Part shown: piece after piece, positions 23,501 through 38,800 of the stretch
Position numbering within the stretch: the first letter of the stretch is position 1
Layout: the number at the start of each line of letters is the position of its first letter
Source: Zootoca vivipara
Lineage: Eukaryota
NCBI RefSeq assembly: GCF_963506605.1
Contig: NC_083282.1
Span: 95,790,001 to 95,854,000, forward strand
Length of the DNA: 64,000 nt
Direction: 5' to 3'
Notes under the pieces: model-generated
Told to the model about the DNA's origin: nothing
The model's input: only the letters and a program-made list of their open reading frames with translations
The model's database searches: none
Made by a program: the position numbers and the translations under genes

Positions 23501-26500
23501 GCTTGGCCATGGGGAGAACAGGCTGCTGAATGAATGAGATGCCCCCCCCCCCTGGGCTGAGAGTCTTTGGGGGGCTGCCTACCATGAAGCCCAGCATCTT
23601 GTAGTCCTTGGTGTACATGGCTCTCCTCTTCTCTGTCCCGCCCCCAGGGAGGCTGTTGCTCTCCGACTCGGCGTCAAAGGCGATCCTGCGCAGCTCAAAG
23701 ATGATGTCCCTCTGTGCCTGGCAAGCGAGGAGAGAGGCAGAGCGTGAGCCCAGCGCAGAGGCTGCCGCTCACGCAGAGGGGGCCACAGTCCTGCCAGTCA
23801 CCTGGTCACTGGGGTCCATTTTGGTCATCATTCTCTCCTCCAGGAGGTTGAAGGTCAGGACCTGCAGCACGTACAACTGATGGGCCATCTCCGTCTTGAT
23901 GGGGCGGTTGCCCCGAATGACGTGCTGCAGGAGGAGAGGGAGGAGGTGGAAGAGGCTCACCTGCGTGAGCAGGGCCAGGTCCCCCTTCTGGCCCCTGACC
24001 AGTGCGGGACACGCCTGGCTGGGGAGGAACAGGAGCCCCCACCCTCTGCACCCAGAAACACCCACAGCCTGCAGCAACGCCGGGTGCCTGGTCAGGCCAG
24101 AGACTGTGCAATGGGGGGACCAACAAGACCGGGCACCCTGAGACGGGGTTGAGATGGATGCCATGAGACAAGGCTATGTCAAGGCCAAAGCCTGGTCCTA
24201 CTCACTGCCAAGATGATGGAGCGCAGGTGCTTCTGAGCAAAGGCGTTGGCCATTTCCTGTTGGGGGTTTACAGAAGAGAGAGAGAGAGAGAGAGAGGAAA
24301 CTCCAACCGTGCCCCACCTCCTGGGGGGCAAAGGGTGCTGAGCAGCCAAGCACAGGCAATGCAGCCATTCAGCAAAGGGGCTGCTCCCGCCCTCTGGGAG
24401 TCCTCTGGCTGTCCATCACCCAGAGCAGCTGCAGCAGCTGGAGGAAAGCTGCACCCCCAAAGCCCCCACCTCAGCAGCCCCGCCAAGGAGCCCCCACCCC
24501 ACTGCCCCACCCCAGGATGCAACAACAACAGACCCAAGCGGCGGCAGGGGTGGGGGTGAGGGGGGAGAAAAAGAATCACCCTGGTTTTGCCCTCTCCAGA
24601 CTAACCAGGAGCTGCAGCCCAGCTTGTCCTCTGGCTTACAGCTCACGGCTCGTCCAGGAGGGCAAAAACGCTACCATGAGTTCAGAAGATGCACTAAGCC
24701 TGAGCAGCCAAAGAACCAGGGAGGACAAAGTGGCCACAATCTCCTCTCCCTGTGAACACATGCAAGGTGTGCAAGCAAGATATATAGATATGAGAGAGAG
24801 AGAGCACAGAACTGCCTCTGAGGCTGAGGCAGAGGAAGGGCATGGGGGGCCTGTCTCTATTTATTTGCAAGACATTTCTATCCCCCTTTCTGGCTCTGAA
24901 GAGAGAAAACATCAGTGCTCTTAGAGAGGAGCTTCCCAGGACAGAATCCCTCCACTTTCGCCAGCTGGGGGGATTTACTTACAGTGCAAGGCAGGTCTAG
25001 CGGGTTAAGGAGCTTCTCCTGCGGACAACAGGAAGCAGAAAGACAAAAGAGAAGCCGGCAGAAGAGTCAGCACAGAGACCCTCGCAGGGAGGTCAGGCGG
25101 GCAGGGGGAGACGGGCATACACAGAGACGCAGTGCCACACAGCACATCCACAGACCGGCCAGTCACGTCACCACCTGGGGAGGCAGACCTCCCTCCCCCC
25201 CTGCCCCCCATCAGCAAAGGGGTGCAACAGCTGGTGCCCTCCACTCCCTCCCCATGGCACCCCCTTGCCCAGCCACCCACCTGCCTCTTGTCCTCCGGGG
25301 CCTTCAGAAAGAGGGCGTTGATCAAGGCGATGGCATACGTCTGGATCTCCTGGTTTGAGCTGCAGGGGCAGAAGCGGGGGGGGGGGTGAGCGGCAGGCGG
25401 CTCCCCACCTTCTCCCACCCTGACAGGATGCCCGGCGCTCGGAGGCACCACTCACACTTGCAGGTGGGCAATGAGCTGCCCCACAGTGATCTCCTCGGCA
25501 ATCTTCTGGTAGAGGCTCTGGCTGTTGAGCACCATGCTCTCCAGGATGGCCAAGGAGCGCTGCAGGATGGAGACATCCACCGTTGGCCGGCTCACGTAGC
25601 CCGCGATCTGGAGGGGGGGGGAGGCAGAGGGCACTGAGCACCAGAGCCATGCATGCCCACTGCCCCTCCCAAGGAGCCCCCCTTCTCCTGTGCTGCCTGC
25701 TAGGACCGGGCGATGTATCAATGTCGACCAAACCGGTTTGAAGTCCATATCATAATATCGGTTTCGTAATTTCTGACTTGGTAATATATCACGAATCATG
25801 GTGTTTGTGTGTGTGCTATGCAAAACCACCAAGCCAGCCGATGCCTCTGCATAGCTCCATCCTTCTTTCAGACGGGGCAATATACTGGCACATCGTGATG
25901 TTTAGCGGGTGAGATGTTGAAAAGCAGCGATGGCCCAGCCCTGCCGCCTGCTCTCACGGAGGCTGTACCTGCTTGACGAAACTGATGGACACCATGTCCC
26001 AGGAGATGATGCCGTGGTCCATGAGCTCCAGGAAGGCTGTCAGGGTGAATGCCAGCATCTCACTGTAGCTGCAGGGGGCATAGGGGAAGGCGGGTCAGTG
26101 GGGGGGGGAGGCACCTCCAGGGCTCCCTCTCTGCCCACTCCTGGCTGGGCAAGGCAGAGTCACTCTGCTGGACGACGCAGAGCTGCAACTGGGCACCATC
26201 TTGGCACATAGTGGGCAATGGGAAAGGGAGCCGCCTGCTTCTGGGACCTCCACCTAGCCTCCTCAGCAGCTGCAACTCAAAGAGGACAGAGGCAGGAATT
26301 TGTGCTCCTCCCTGCTCTGCGGCTCCACCACCTGCCTGTGGGATGTGCTGCAGTCTGGAGAACCAGAGCAGAAAAGGGAAGGGCAAACCAGGCAGGCCCC
26401 TCAGAGCAACCAGCCAGCCAGAGGAGGATTTGCTCAGGCCAACAACAGGCTCAAGGCCTCCCTGCGCTTGCCCACTAAAAGCCAACGCGGAGATTGAATT

Positions 26501-28051
26501 AACTATTCAGCAGTTTAAAAAAAATCTCTGGCCAAGTCTCTGCTGCCTCCCCTGCCCTCTGGGCAGCCCTGGGGCAGCTGCTTCCCCCCCCCCAAGAGCG
26601 CCCTGCTCCAGAAGAGGCCAGGGGGGCTGCAAATGGCTGCAATGATGGCAGAAAGAGAAGGCCAGAACTGTCAACATTAAAGGAGAGACCCAAGGAAGTG
26701 AGCGCTGCTGGTGCTGGATGCCCGCCTGGATGCCCGCCGGGCACTTACTGGGAGAGGAGCTTGGTGCCGCTCTCCACGAGGCGGGTGAGCACCGAGATGC
26801 CATCCATGTTGATGAACTCAGTGGCAAAGGTCACATCTGCAGAGAGCTTAGCCAGCTCCTTCATGGCCTCCAGCCGAGCCTCCATGCTGTGCGACTGCGT
26901 CCGGTCCATCAGCTGGCGGGCAGCCCTGGACTGGGGTGGTAGGGCGACAGGTAGCCCCTTGCAAACCCCAGACCCCTCCAGGGGGCTCCTCTCAGCCGGG
27001 CAGGAGAGAGCAGGTGGCCTTGTGGCATGAGCCCAAAGCCCACTAGCAGGCTCCAAATCCCCAAAGGGGGAGAAAGAAAACCCCACCCCTCCAAGAGGCA
27101 GCCCAGACCTACTGGAGAAACAGCCAGCTGCAGGATGGTCCCGTTCTTGATGTCACAGCGGGTCTGCAAGGCAAGAAGGGGGGGGGCTGCTTAGCACAAC
27201 TGGGGAAGGAGCGGAGGCCCACCAGCGCGGCTCCTGGTCTGCTTCTGTGGGTTTCCTCCATCCTGATCAGAGTTGCAAGGAGCTGCATGGCACCCTATAG
27301 CCCTCTCCCTGCTTTTTTAGGTGGGGGGTTAGGGACAGCCCCCACGCACCTGCTCCGTGATGTACAGCTGGGCCCCATCTGCGTAGCGCAGCGTGTAGTA
27401 CTCTGCGTTGGGCAGCGACCACCTAAAGGGGGGGAGGATCATGTGAGCCTCCTCCCTCAGGAAGCAAGCTAGCGGGGGGGGGCAGTGAGCCGCACCCAAG
27501 AAGGTGGCTGGAGCGGGGGGCGGAGGCTAGTGTGGCCCCCATGAAGCCAGCCATGGCTCCCACTCACCCGTCACAGACCTCCTTGATGATGGACGCCAGA
27601 GGCCGCTTCTAAGAGAGGCAGAGGGAAGAAAGAGAAGCCTGAACTGGAACTCTCCCCTGGACAGCAGGTGATCCGCAGCCCCCCCTTTGCCCTCGCCCCC
27701 CCACCATTCAGCATTAGAAGGCCTGGACACCCCAGGGCTCAGCTCTGCCCCCCCACCCCCAGCTGAAGGCAGCCAGGCTTCTGAACCTCAGGTGCTGGGA
27801 ACCGCAGGAGGGGAGGCAGCTCAGAAGCTTGAATGCTGCTTGTGGGTTTCCCACAATGAGCACCTGGTTGGCCACTGTGAGAACAGGATGCTGGGTGTGG
27901 TCCTTCCCCCCACCCCCCCGGGCCTGATCCAGCAGCTCTTCTGATGCTCTTAAAGTTGGGCTGTGCCTGTCACCTGGTCAATCTCCAGCAGCTGAGCGTT
28001 AGCCCCCGGCCACTCCACAGCCACCTTGACAATGTCCGACGGGGGTGGCAT
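17515..28051 (-). CDS. ELMO2: Engulfment and cell motility protein 2, 20 constitutive coding exons, 720 aa
   Basis: Exons: 28051-27974, 27608-27568, 27422-27350, 27163-27113, 26930-26749, 26068-25969, 25607-25456, 25359-25281, 24256-24206, 23924-23802, 23717-23583, 22901-22797, 22708-22600, 22016-21880, 20765-20602, 20509-20397, 20072-19965, 19709-19627, 19523-19446, 17715-17515 (2163 nt). Starts [16 protein letters not shown] and ends [14 protein letters not shown], as in ELMO2. Adjacent to SLC35C2 in the same orientation, as in human. Confidence 0.97.
24983..25018 (-). CDS. ELMO2: ELMO2 alternative 36-nt cassette exon ([12 protein letters not shown])
   Basis: Strong polypyrimidine tract and CAG acceptor, GTAAGT donor, in frame (phase 0/0) between KRQ and EMANAF. 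Resembles the recalled 12-aa insert of the long mammalian ELMO2 isoform. Confidence 0.85.
25701..25943. mobile_element. Degenerate hAT element in an ELMO2 intron
   Basis: Imperfect TIR TAGGACCGGGCGAT / ATGGCCCAGCCCTG, TSD CTGCCTGC/CCGCCTGC. Confidence 0.6.
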
Positions 28052-29899
28052 CCCTCCAGGCTGGCAGCCACCTGACAGGTGGGGTGAGCAATGGGCCTCC
28101 CAAACCTAGCCAAAGGCGAAAGGCAAGTCAGCTCCAGTGCAGAGGAGATTCTGCCTCCAAGGACCCAGCAGCACCGGCCTCTGCCCAGGCCCAAAGACAA
28201 AAGGCCAAAGCCCTGGAAAGCAGAGCCAGCCCCCGGGCTAGGCAAGCTCTTTGCCCCCCACCCCGGCTCCCAGCAGTGAGCTGGCAAGGAGGAGGGAGCA
28301 CTGCTCTCAGAGGCACCCAGCACCACCTCCTGCTGTCCTGGCCAGCTCCAATTCTGGGCTGCCCCCAAAGACTGCCAAGCCCCACCTTCCTTGAACTGGG
28401 AAGCCGCTGGGAGGGCAGACTGGCAAGGAAGCAGGGGGGGGGGCTACCAGGATGCCCCAGCTCTGCTCTTTTGCCAAGGAGTTGCCACAGGCGATTGAGG
28501 GGCCCCTCTCCTCGCCCCAGCAGCCAGCCAGACCCCCTCCCAAGGGATGCCAGGGAGGACATGGGCTCAGCAGCTCTTCATCTCAGCTGGTGCCTCTGCC
28601 TGCCTCCCCTTCACCACCAGCCTCCTATTCAAGGCCAGGCGCCCTTAACCCTTTCCTGGCTGCGGCGGTTGCTGCTGCTGCTCTGGAAGGGCAAAGTGAC
28701 GTGCCATCTCCTTCCCTCTCTGCTCAGGAGGGCAGCAGCAGCAGCAGGAGGAGGAGGGGGAACCTGCTGGAGATCCAGTTGAGTAGCTTTATTTGACCGA
28801 CTCTTAGTTTTGCAAGGAAATGTGGGTCATTCTGTGCTGTGCAGTACATCCAACCCAACCTGTTTTTCCTAGAAAAGTTGAATATATTTTAAGGGCATCA
28901 CAGTTGAACGTTACGATGTGCCAATTAGGTTTTAAGAGAGGTGGAGATGAAGGCGCTAAACTATTTCATGTTAGCATGCCCAGGGAGCTGGGTCTCCAGG
29001 GATGGTCCTCTGAAATAAAGGGCACTGCAGATCAAACCCGAGATTTAGCTGGGGCTGCATCTCTTCCAGATGCCCACATGCATGCATTCTGCTGGCTCTT
29101 TTTAAAAGAAGGGTGTGTTTCTCCAACGTCCCGCCCTGAGGATCTGGGCAGAGACATAGGCACGGAAAATCCCATACGCTGCCAAGCCCACCAGGCAGCT
29201 GCCACACACCAAGTCCCTTCCCTTGCCTCTCCCCCAACTGCCCCTCCCCACCTGTCAATTGCCTCCTGCCCCCCCCCGGCACTGGGGGGGGGCTCAGGGT
29301 GCTGCCCACCCCAGGCAAGTCCGGGGTGGGGGTGGGGCTACCCATCCAGCTTCTGGTAGAGCAAAAGCAGCAACAGCCCATGAGGAAGCCGGGAAGGGAC
29401 TTGCTGGGAAGGGAAGAGGAAGCAGCCCCCTTCTGCAGAAGAGACAGGCGACAGGAAGCCAAGGGGCATTTCGGGGGGGGTGTAGCCCATGGGGCTGCCC
29501 CCTCCTCTCCCGCAGGAACTGGGTGTCAGGCCAGCGCAGAACCAGGCGCTCTCGCCCCCCAGGCCCTCCCACCCACAGACCCTGCCTGCTTGGGAGGGGG
29601 GAGCAGAGATGGGGCACCCAGACGGGCCAGGGAGGCGCAGCTGGGGGCAAAAACAGGAGCCCCCCCAAAAGCTGCGGCTTATGGGGAGGTCCCAGCGGGT
29701 AGGGGGGGCGCTGCCCCCCGCGGGCCTCTCCAGAGCAGCAGAAGGGGGTTGGGGGAGGAAGCGGCCCGCGAGGGCCTCTGTCCGGAGATGGGGGCCGGAG
29801 GGGGCTGGCCGGTCTCCCGCAGGCCCAGCAGGGGGCGCCCGTGTCCCCCCCCCACAGAGTAGCCGAGCCCCTCCTCCCTCCCTGCGTGACCAACAGACA

Positions 29900-30473
29900 G
29901 AGGGGTCGGGGGGAGTGAGGGGGAGACGGAGCCCCGAGAGTCGGCCGCTCCGCCTCTCCGCCCCCTTGGCCGAGGCCTGCCGCCCTCCCCGCCCCCCGCG
30001 CTCACCCGGCTGCCCGGGACCCTCCGCTCCGCCGACGCCGCCGACGCAGCTCTCCGGCCGCGGATCCCGCTGCGTCCCGCCCCTCACGCCCGGGCGCGCA
30101 GCCCCATTGGCGAGCGGCGGCCGCCACTCAAGAGCGCGCCCCGTCCCCCATTGGCGCCCGCTCCGCTCCGTCTCTCTTCAGCCTGGGAGGCGGGGCGTCG
30201 TCGCCCGGCGCCGGCTGCCATGGAAACCGCGCAGCTCCGCCCTCCTCCGGAGCCGCCGCCGGGTCGTGCTGGGCAGTCGCCCGGGCAACGAGCCCCGCCT
30301 CCGAGGGTAGGGGCCGGGCGCCGGAAGTGTTGGCGGGGGAGCGTCCGGTCGGCGGGCGCTTCCGGTTCCGCTCAGGCAGCGCGAGGCGCGTCTTTGGTTC
30401 GTGCGGCGGCGGCGGGAAGGAAGGAAGGCAGAAGGGAAGCCGCGGGAGAGGGAGGACCGACGCCACCGCCACC

Positions 30474-30476
<3 letters not shown>
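29900..30476. promoter_or_regulatory. Bidirectional CpG-island promoter ELMO2(-)/SNRPB(+)
   Basis: Candidate non-coding ELMO2 exon 1 ends at 30006 (GTGAG donor on -). Two CCAAT boxes (ATTGG 30106-30110, 30150-30154), ETS/GABP sites (CCGGAAGT 30321-30328, CTTCCGG 30359-30365), and Kozak GCCACCATGG at the SNRPB ATG 30474. Confidence 0.8.
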
Positions 30477-33613
<3,137 letters not shown>

Positions 33614-33741
33614 GAGGTGACGCTGTGAAGGGAGCAGAACTTGGGCCTTTGGACTTGTGTCTTGTTCACCTTGAGGGAATGGTGGGGTGGGGGGATTGTG
33701 TGTGTGTTTTGTATTTGGGGGATTGTCATGTTGCCCTTTCT

Positions 33742-33747
33742 AATAAA
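33742..33747 (+). terminator. SNRPB polyadenylation signal AATAAA
   Basis: About 130 nt after the stop codon, followed by GT-rich sequence. Confidence 0.85.
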
Positions 33748-34199
33748 CACTGGGAAGTTTCCTGCTGTGGTGGTACAAATTCATTCTGAGGTTGAGCAAA
33801 GCAAACGAGTCGAGGCTTCCTGGAGGGCTCTTCACCTGGGCTCAGGAACTTAACAGCCAGCTGGATGAAGCCAATGGCTCATTGGTCCGGCGTCCTCTTC
33901 TCACAATGGCTGACCAGATGCCCCAGTGGGAAACCCACAAGCAGGACCTGAGCACAAGAGCAGCCTTCTCCCCTCCTGTGGCTTCCAGCAAGTGCTCTTC
34001 AGATGCTATTCACCAGCTTCTTGCACCTCATCTTAGGTTCAGGGCAGGGAGGGGGGCATTGCAGCCATGTCCCTGTGGTGCTGCCAAGGCATCAAACTGC
34101 TCAAGCATTCCTGAAGAGGAGGAGGTTGAGCTTTTGCTAATCAACTGCTGGGAGGCAGGCAGGCAGAAGCTCCAGTTGAGAACTTGCTTGGTTTGGATA

Positions 34200-35060
34200 G
34201 AAAAATCCCCAAATGACATGGGTTATGGGCAGTGTTACAATCGTCAAGATGGAATGTCTAGTTGCCATTTTGGGACAAGACTAAAGTCTTTATTTTTCCA
34301 TTGATGGGCTCCTCAGTGTCTCCAAAAAAATTTATACATCACTTGGGAAGACAGGCGAACTAATATCAGTGTACTGGAAGAAGCAAAGATCACCAGTGTT
34401 GAAGCAATGATTCTTCAACATCAACTTCGTTGGATTGGTCATGTTGTGCGGATGCCTGATGATCGTCTTCCAAAGCAACTACTGTATATTCCTGCATATA
34501 AGACTACTTTTTAACCCAGGAAAATCTTCTCAAAAGTCGGGGTTCGTCTTATACGCCAGGTCGTATTTCTTATACGGCGAGTATATCCCAAACTCTATGC
34601 AGTATTTTAACTGGAAAAGTTGGGGGTTGTCTTATATGCCCAGTCTTATATGCCGGAATATACGGTACTCTATTCCGAACTTAAAAATGCAAAGCGTAAT
34701 GCTGGTGGTCAACAAAAGAGGTTTAAAGTGTCTCAAGGTAAAAATAAAATAAAATAAACACTGACAACTGGGAAACACTGGCCTGCGAGTACTCCAGTTG
34801 GAGAACAGCCTTTACCAAAGGTGTTGTTGGCTTTTAATATACTCGAACTCAGGACGCAAGGGAGAAACGTGCTAAGAGGAAGGCACGCTTGGCAAATCCA
34901 CACTGTGATCAACTCCTACCCGGAAACCAATGTCCCCACTGTGGAAGGACGTGTGGATCCAGAATTGGCCTCCACAGTCACTTACGGGCTCACTGTTAAA
35001 ACCATGTTTATGGAAGACAATCTTACTCTGCTACGAGTGATCGCCAAAGAAGAAGAAGAT
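34200..35060 (+). mobile_element. Degenerate RTE-clade LINE 3' end between SNRPB and DDX27
   Basis: Reads as ITWEDRRTNISVLEEA...QLRWIGHVVRMPDDRLPKQL|LYSEL, with a (GAA)n tail near 35050. Confidence 0.75.
34482..34665. mobile_element. Tc1/mariner-type MITE nested in the RTE LINE
   Basis: 23-bp TIR (21/23) C[CT]GTATATTCC[GT]GCATATAAGAC, TA TSD. A related degenerate copy lies at about 43695-43862. Confidence 0.85.
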
Positions 35061-35584
35061 CAATGACTGGCTAGGATGATAACCTGAAGCTAGGTTAAGA
35101 GCTTTTAAGAACTTAAAAGTCACTTGATCTAAGGACAATCCAGTTTTCTTGATGGTGACACGGACCATTCATAACATAATATCCTTCACAATTGTGAGCA
35201 GAGCAGTGGGGTGTGGTAAGCGAAGGCAAGCTACAACAATTTAACTATAACATTGTTCACGGTTCCTGACCAGGCTGCACAGAAAAAAGATCAAATAATT
35301 TCTCCCTCTACATTTTTGTTGTTTTGTCCCATTTTGGGCAATTCTTTTGAGACCAGTTATAAATGCAAATAATTGAGCAGTAAATAAATCATGATTTGTA
35401 GCAAGATTTCTGCCATCTTATTCCCCTGTTCTGTCCTGACACTGGGAATTTTTGATTTCATATTTCACCGCACACTTGAGTGGTACATTTTCCCAATTCC
35501 ACACAGGAGGTTCTCTACCATCCATCACCCACACCTTTTTTTTAGAAAGTCACATGAGACCTGTAGTCAATCGAAAAAGTCCTT

Positions 35585-35590
35585 TTTAAT
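35585..35590 (-). terminator. Probable DDX27 polyadenylation signal ATTAAA
   Basis: TTTAAT on + strand about 285 nt past the DDX27 stop. Confidence 0.6.
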
Positions 35591-35874
35591 GATAAACGTG
35601 TAGAATAATCTACAGTTTTTCAGAACATGAACAGTTTCCTCCTTGGTGAGAAAGGTTAGAAAGCAAATGGAGCTACAATACGCAGGCAAGCAAGACACTG
35701 GCTGGTGAATTCCTCTTTACAGGAAAGGCTGCAACAGCGGGAAGCAGTCTGGCTTGTCCTTCCCAGGCCGAAGCTGCCTCCAGCCGCCTGGATGTGGCTG
35801 GTGCTGCTGCCTCCAGGAAGGCTCACTTGGATCCCAAGCCTCAAAAAGGGCTCCACCACCCAGAAACTTCTTCC

Positions 35875-38800
35875 TCACTTCTTCCTCTTGTACCTGCACA
35901 AGGACAGGAAGCAGAAAGCAGCGCGTCAGTCCTCTGGTGGGGGAGGCAGAAGAGAGCAGGAGGGAGACACATGGGTAGAAAAGGCAGGGAGCACAGAGCC
36001 TCACCTGGAACTAGCTGCTCTGAAATTCCCTCCTTTCCTCCTTGAGGCAAGACCCAGGCGCTTGCGGTCTTCGAACGAGGGCCTGCAGGAAAGAGACGTC
36101 AAGATCGTGGCCAGGCAGGGCCTCTGCTGATGGGGGGGGGGCAGGGGGGAGGCTGGCTGGCACAAGCCTCTCCTAAGAGGCGGGTGTGGTTGGACTAGGT
36201 GATTCTAGCTGGGGAACTTCTGGCCCATTTTAGCAGCTGGTTTAGATGCCAACTGCTTGGTACTTTTGGGGTAGCAGGAGCCCCTTGCACTGTGGCTCCC
36301 AACAAACTTTCTCGCTTGGGGTTCTCTGCACAACAGAGATAGTCTGTGATTCCTCACCTGTGGACTGGAGAGGTCACTCCCACCCCTGGCAAGAGGATCA
36401 CCAGGACCATGAAGGAAAGGGGTGATGGCCGGGGGGGGGGGGCATGCACAATACTCACCCCGCCCGATACTGCTTCAGGGCTCTACGGCTGGTGTTGGTG
36501 AGCTCCTCATCAAACACGGACGTCTTCTTCTTGGGCTGCTGCCTGGGCCCTTGAGGAATGTGGCAGAGAGGGAGACCCTAGGTTGAAGCCAAGGCAAGCT
36601 GCAGCCTGGCAGCCCCCCACCCACTGCTAGCCCCTCCCCTGCCCTCCCCTGCAGAGAAGGGGAGCTGCTTCTTACCTCCTTTGGCAGTTGCGGGCGGAGC
36701 CTCCTCGGGGATGGCCCTGGCACGCTTGGGGCGGCGATTCCTCTTGGCCAGACGCTCGGCATACATCTGGGACTTCAGGATCTCGAACTGGGACCGCTCC
36801 TCTGGCTGCAGCAACAGCACAAAGGAGGCTAGCAGTGCTTCCTCCCCCAACTCACCAGCCCCCCAAAATGGCCGTCTCCCCCCCACACACACACACACTC
36901 AGCCACTGCTCACCGTCAGCTGGGTCGCCTTCTTCTGAGACTCCTTCATGAACTTCTTCCGCTTCCTGGTGCCTCGCAGCGCCAAGTCAAACTCCTGCAG
37001 GGCCTTGGCAACTGGGGGCAAGGAGAGAGCCCAGAAGCAGAAGGTGAGAAGCCAGGCAAGGCCAATGTCAGAGAGAGAGAGACACCCCCTTTCTCAGCCA
37101 AGGTCACCCCCGTCCCACTCTCCCAGCCAGGCCCTTACGCTTCTCCTTCTTCCTCTCCTCCCGGCTCTGGAACCAGCTGCGGGCAGCGCCCTCTGTCCCT
37201 TCCTGAGCACTTGTCTCCAGTTTCCGCTTGGCAGTGTTGATCTAGGAGGAGAGCAAAGCCTTTGGGCACAGCCTCAATGCCCAGGAACCTCGGTAGTGAG
37301 CCAAACAAGGGCTGCCCCATGTTCCCTCATCAAGCTGGGAGGGCTGTGTCCCATGGGGGAAGTTACCACAAAAGGAGCCAACTAAAGGGGAATCCCAGAG
37401 GGGCAAAGCAGGGAGGCACTCAAACCAAATTGCTCTGCAAGAACTTGCTTGCTCCCTTTTGCAAAGATAAACCCTTCTAGGGGAGAAAGGGGCCCAATAA
37501 TCCAGGCACCCCAACGCCTCCTCCCTCTTCCCCCACATTGCTGCCTCTGCCCCCTGCTCCTCCTCACCTGGGCCTCTGAGTGCTGCAGCTCCCTCTCCTC
37601 GCGCTCCAGGCGCAGCACAGCATAGACGTCCGACTCCAGCTTCTCAATCTTCTCCCGGAAGCGCAGAATCACATCTGGGGGCAAAGGGCAGCCGCTCAGC
37701 CTCCCCCAGTGCCACCTGTGGCCTAAGGGTGCCCGTCCCCATGCCCTGCTTCCCAGCCCCTCCCTCCGGCCACCATGCTTACCCTGGGGAAGGACTCTGG
37801 CCTTGACGGGCGCCTTGGCGGCCTTCACAATCTCCTTCAGCATCTTGCGCTCCTCTTCGCCCACCAGGGAGACGGAGCGGCCAGCCCGCCCTGCGCGCGC
37901 TGTGCGTCCCACGCGGTGCACATAATGCTTGGTGGTGTTGGGCATCGTGAAGTTGATCACCTGTGGCAAGACAGGGGAGTCTCAGAGGAGCACCTGTGGG
38001 ACTGGGGCAAGGGCCCACCTGGTCCAGCATCCCGCTCTCCCAGTAAGAAGCTGAGCAGGACTCAAGCTGGCTGAGCAAGGGTTGGCAACGGAGAGGGGAG
38101 AGCCACTGACCGTTTTGACACCTTCAATGTCCAGTCCTCGTGCCGCAACATCTGTGGCCACCAGCACATCAATCTGCTCGTCCTTGAAGCGCCTGCAGAC
38201 AATGGCAGCACCCGCAGGGAGGGAGCGTCAAGGGCAGCCAGGAGCCTCTCTTGCGCCTCCCTCCCCCTCCCTGCTCCCCACCCTGCCTACCGGAGCCCTT
38301 CCAGGCGCTGTGTCTGTGAGAGGTCACCATGCAGCTCCCCGACACGGAGGCCCATCAGGCCCAGCAGGATGTGCAGCCGGTGCGCTTGCTTCTTGGTCTG
38401 TGTGAAGAGCATCACATGGTCCAGGAATGTCCGAGTCAGGAGGGCTGGAGGAGAGAGGGGTGGGAGGACACAAAACTCACATAGCCTGTGGAACTCACTC
38501 CCACAGGAGGCAGTGACAACCACCAACCTAGGATGGTTTAAAAGAGAATTGGACATACTCATGGGGGAGGAGAGGGCTTTCGGTGGTTCTTAGCCAGGAT
38601 GGCCATGCTCTGCCTCCAGTCGTATCAGCAATGCTTCTGAATTCCAGCTGCACAGGAGGGGAGAGGGCTTTTGTGCTCAAATCAGGCTTATGGGGGGGGG
38701 CTTCCTCACTGGGGCATTTGGTTGGGTGCTGGGCTAGATGGGCCTTTGGCCTGATCCTGCAAGCTCTTCTGATGTTCTTAAAAGTCCAGCTCCTCTTCTC

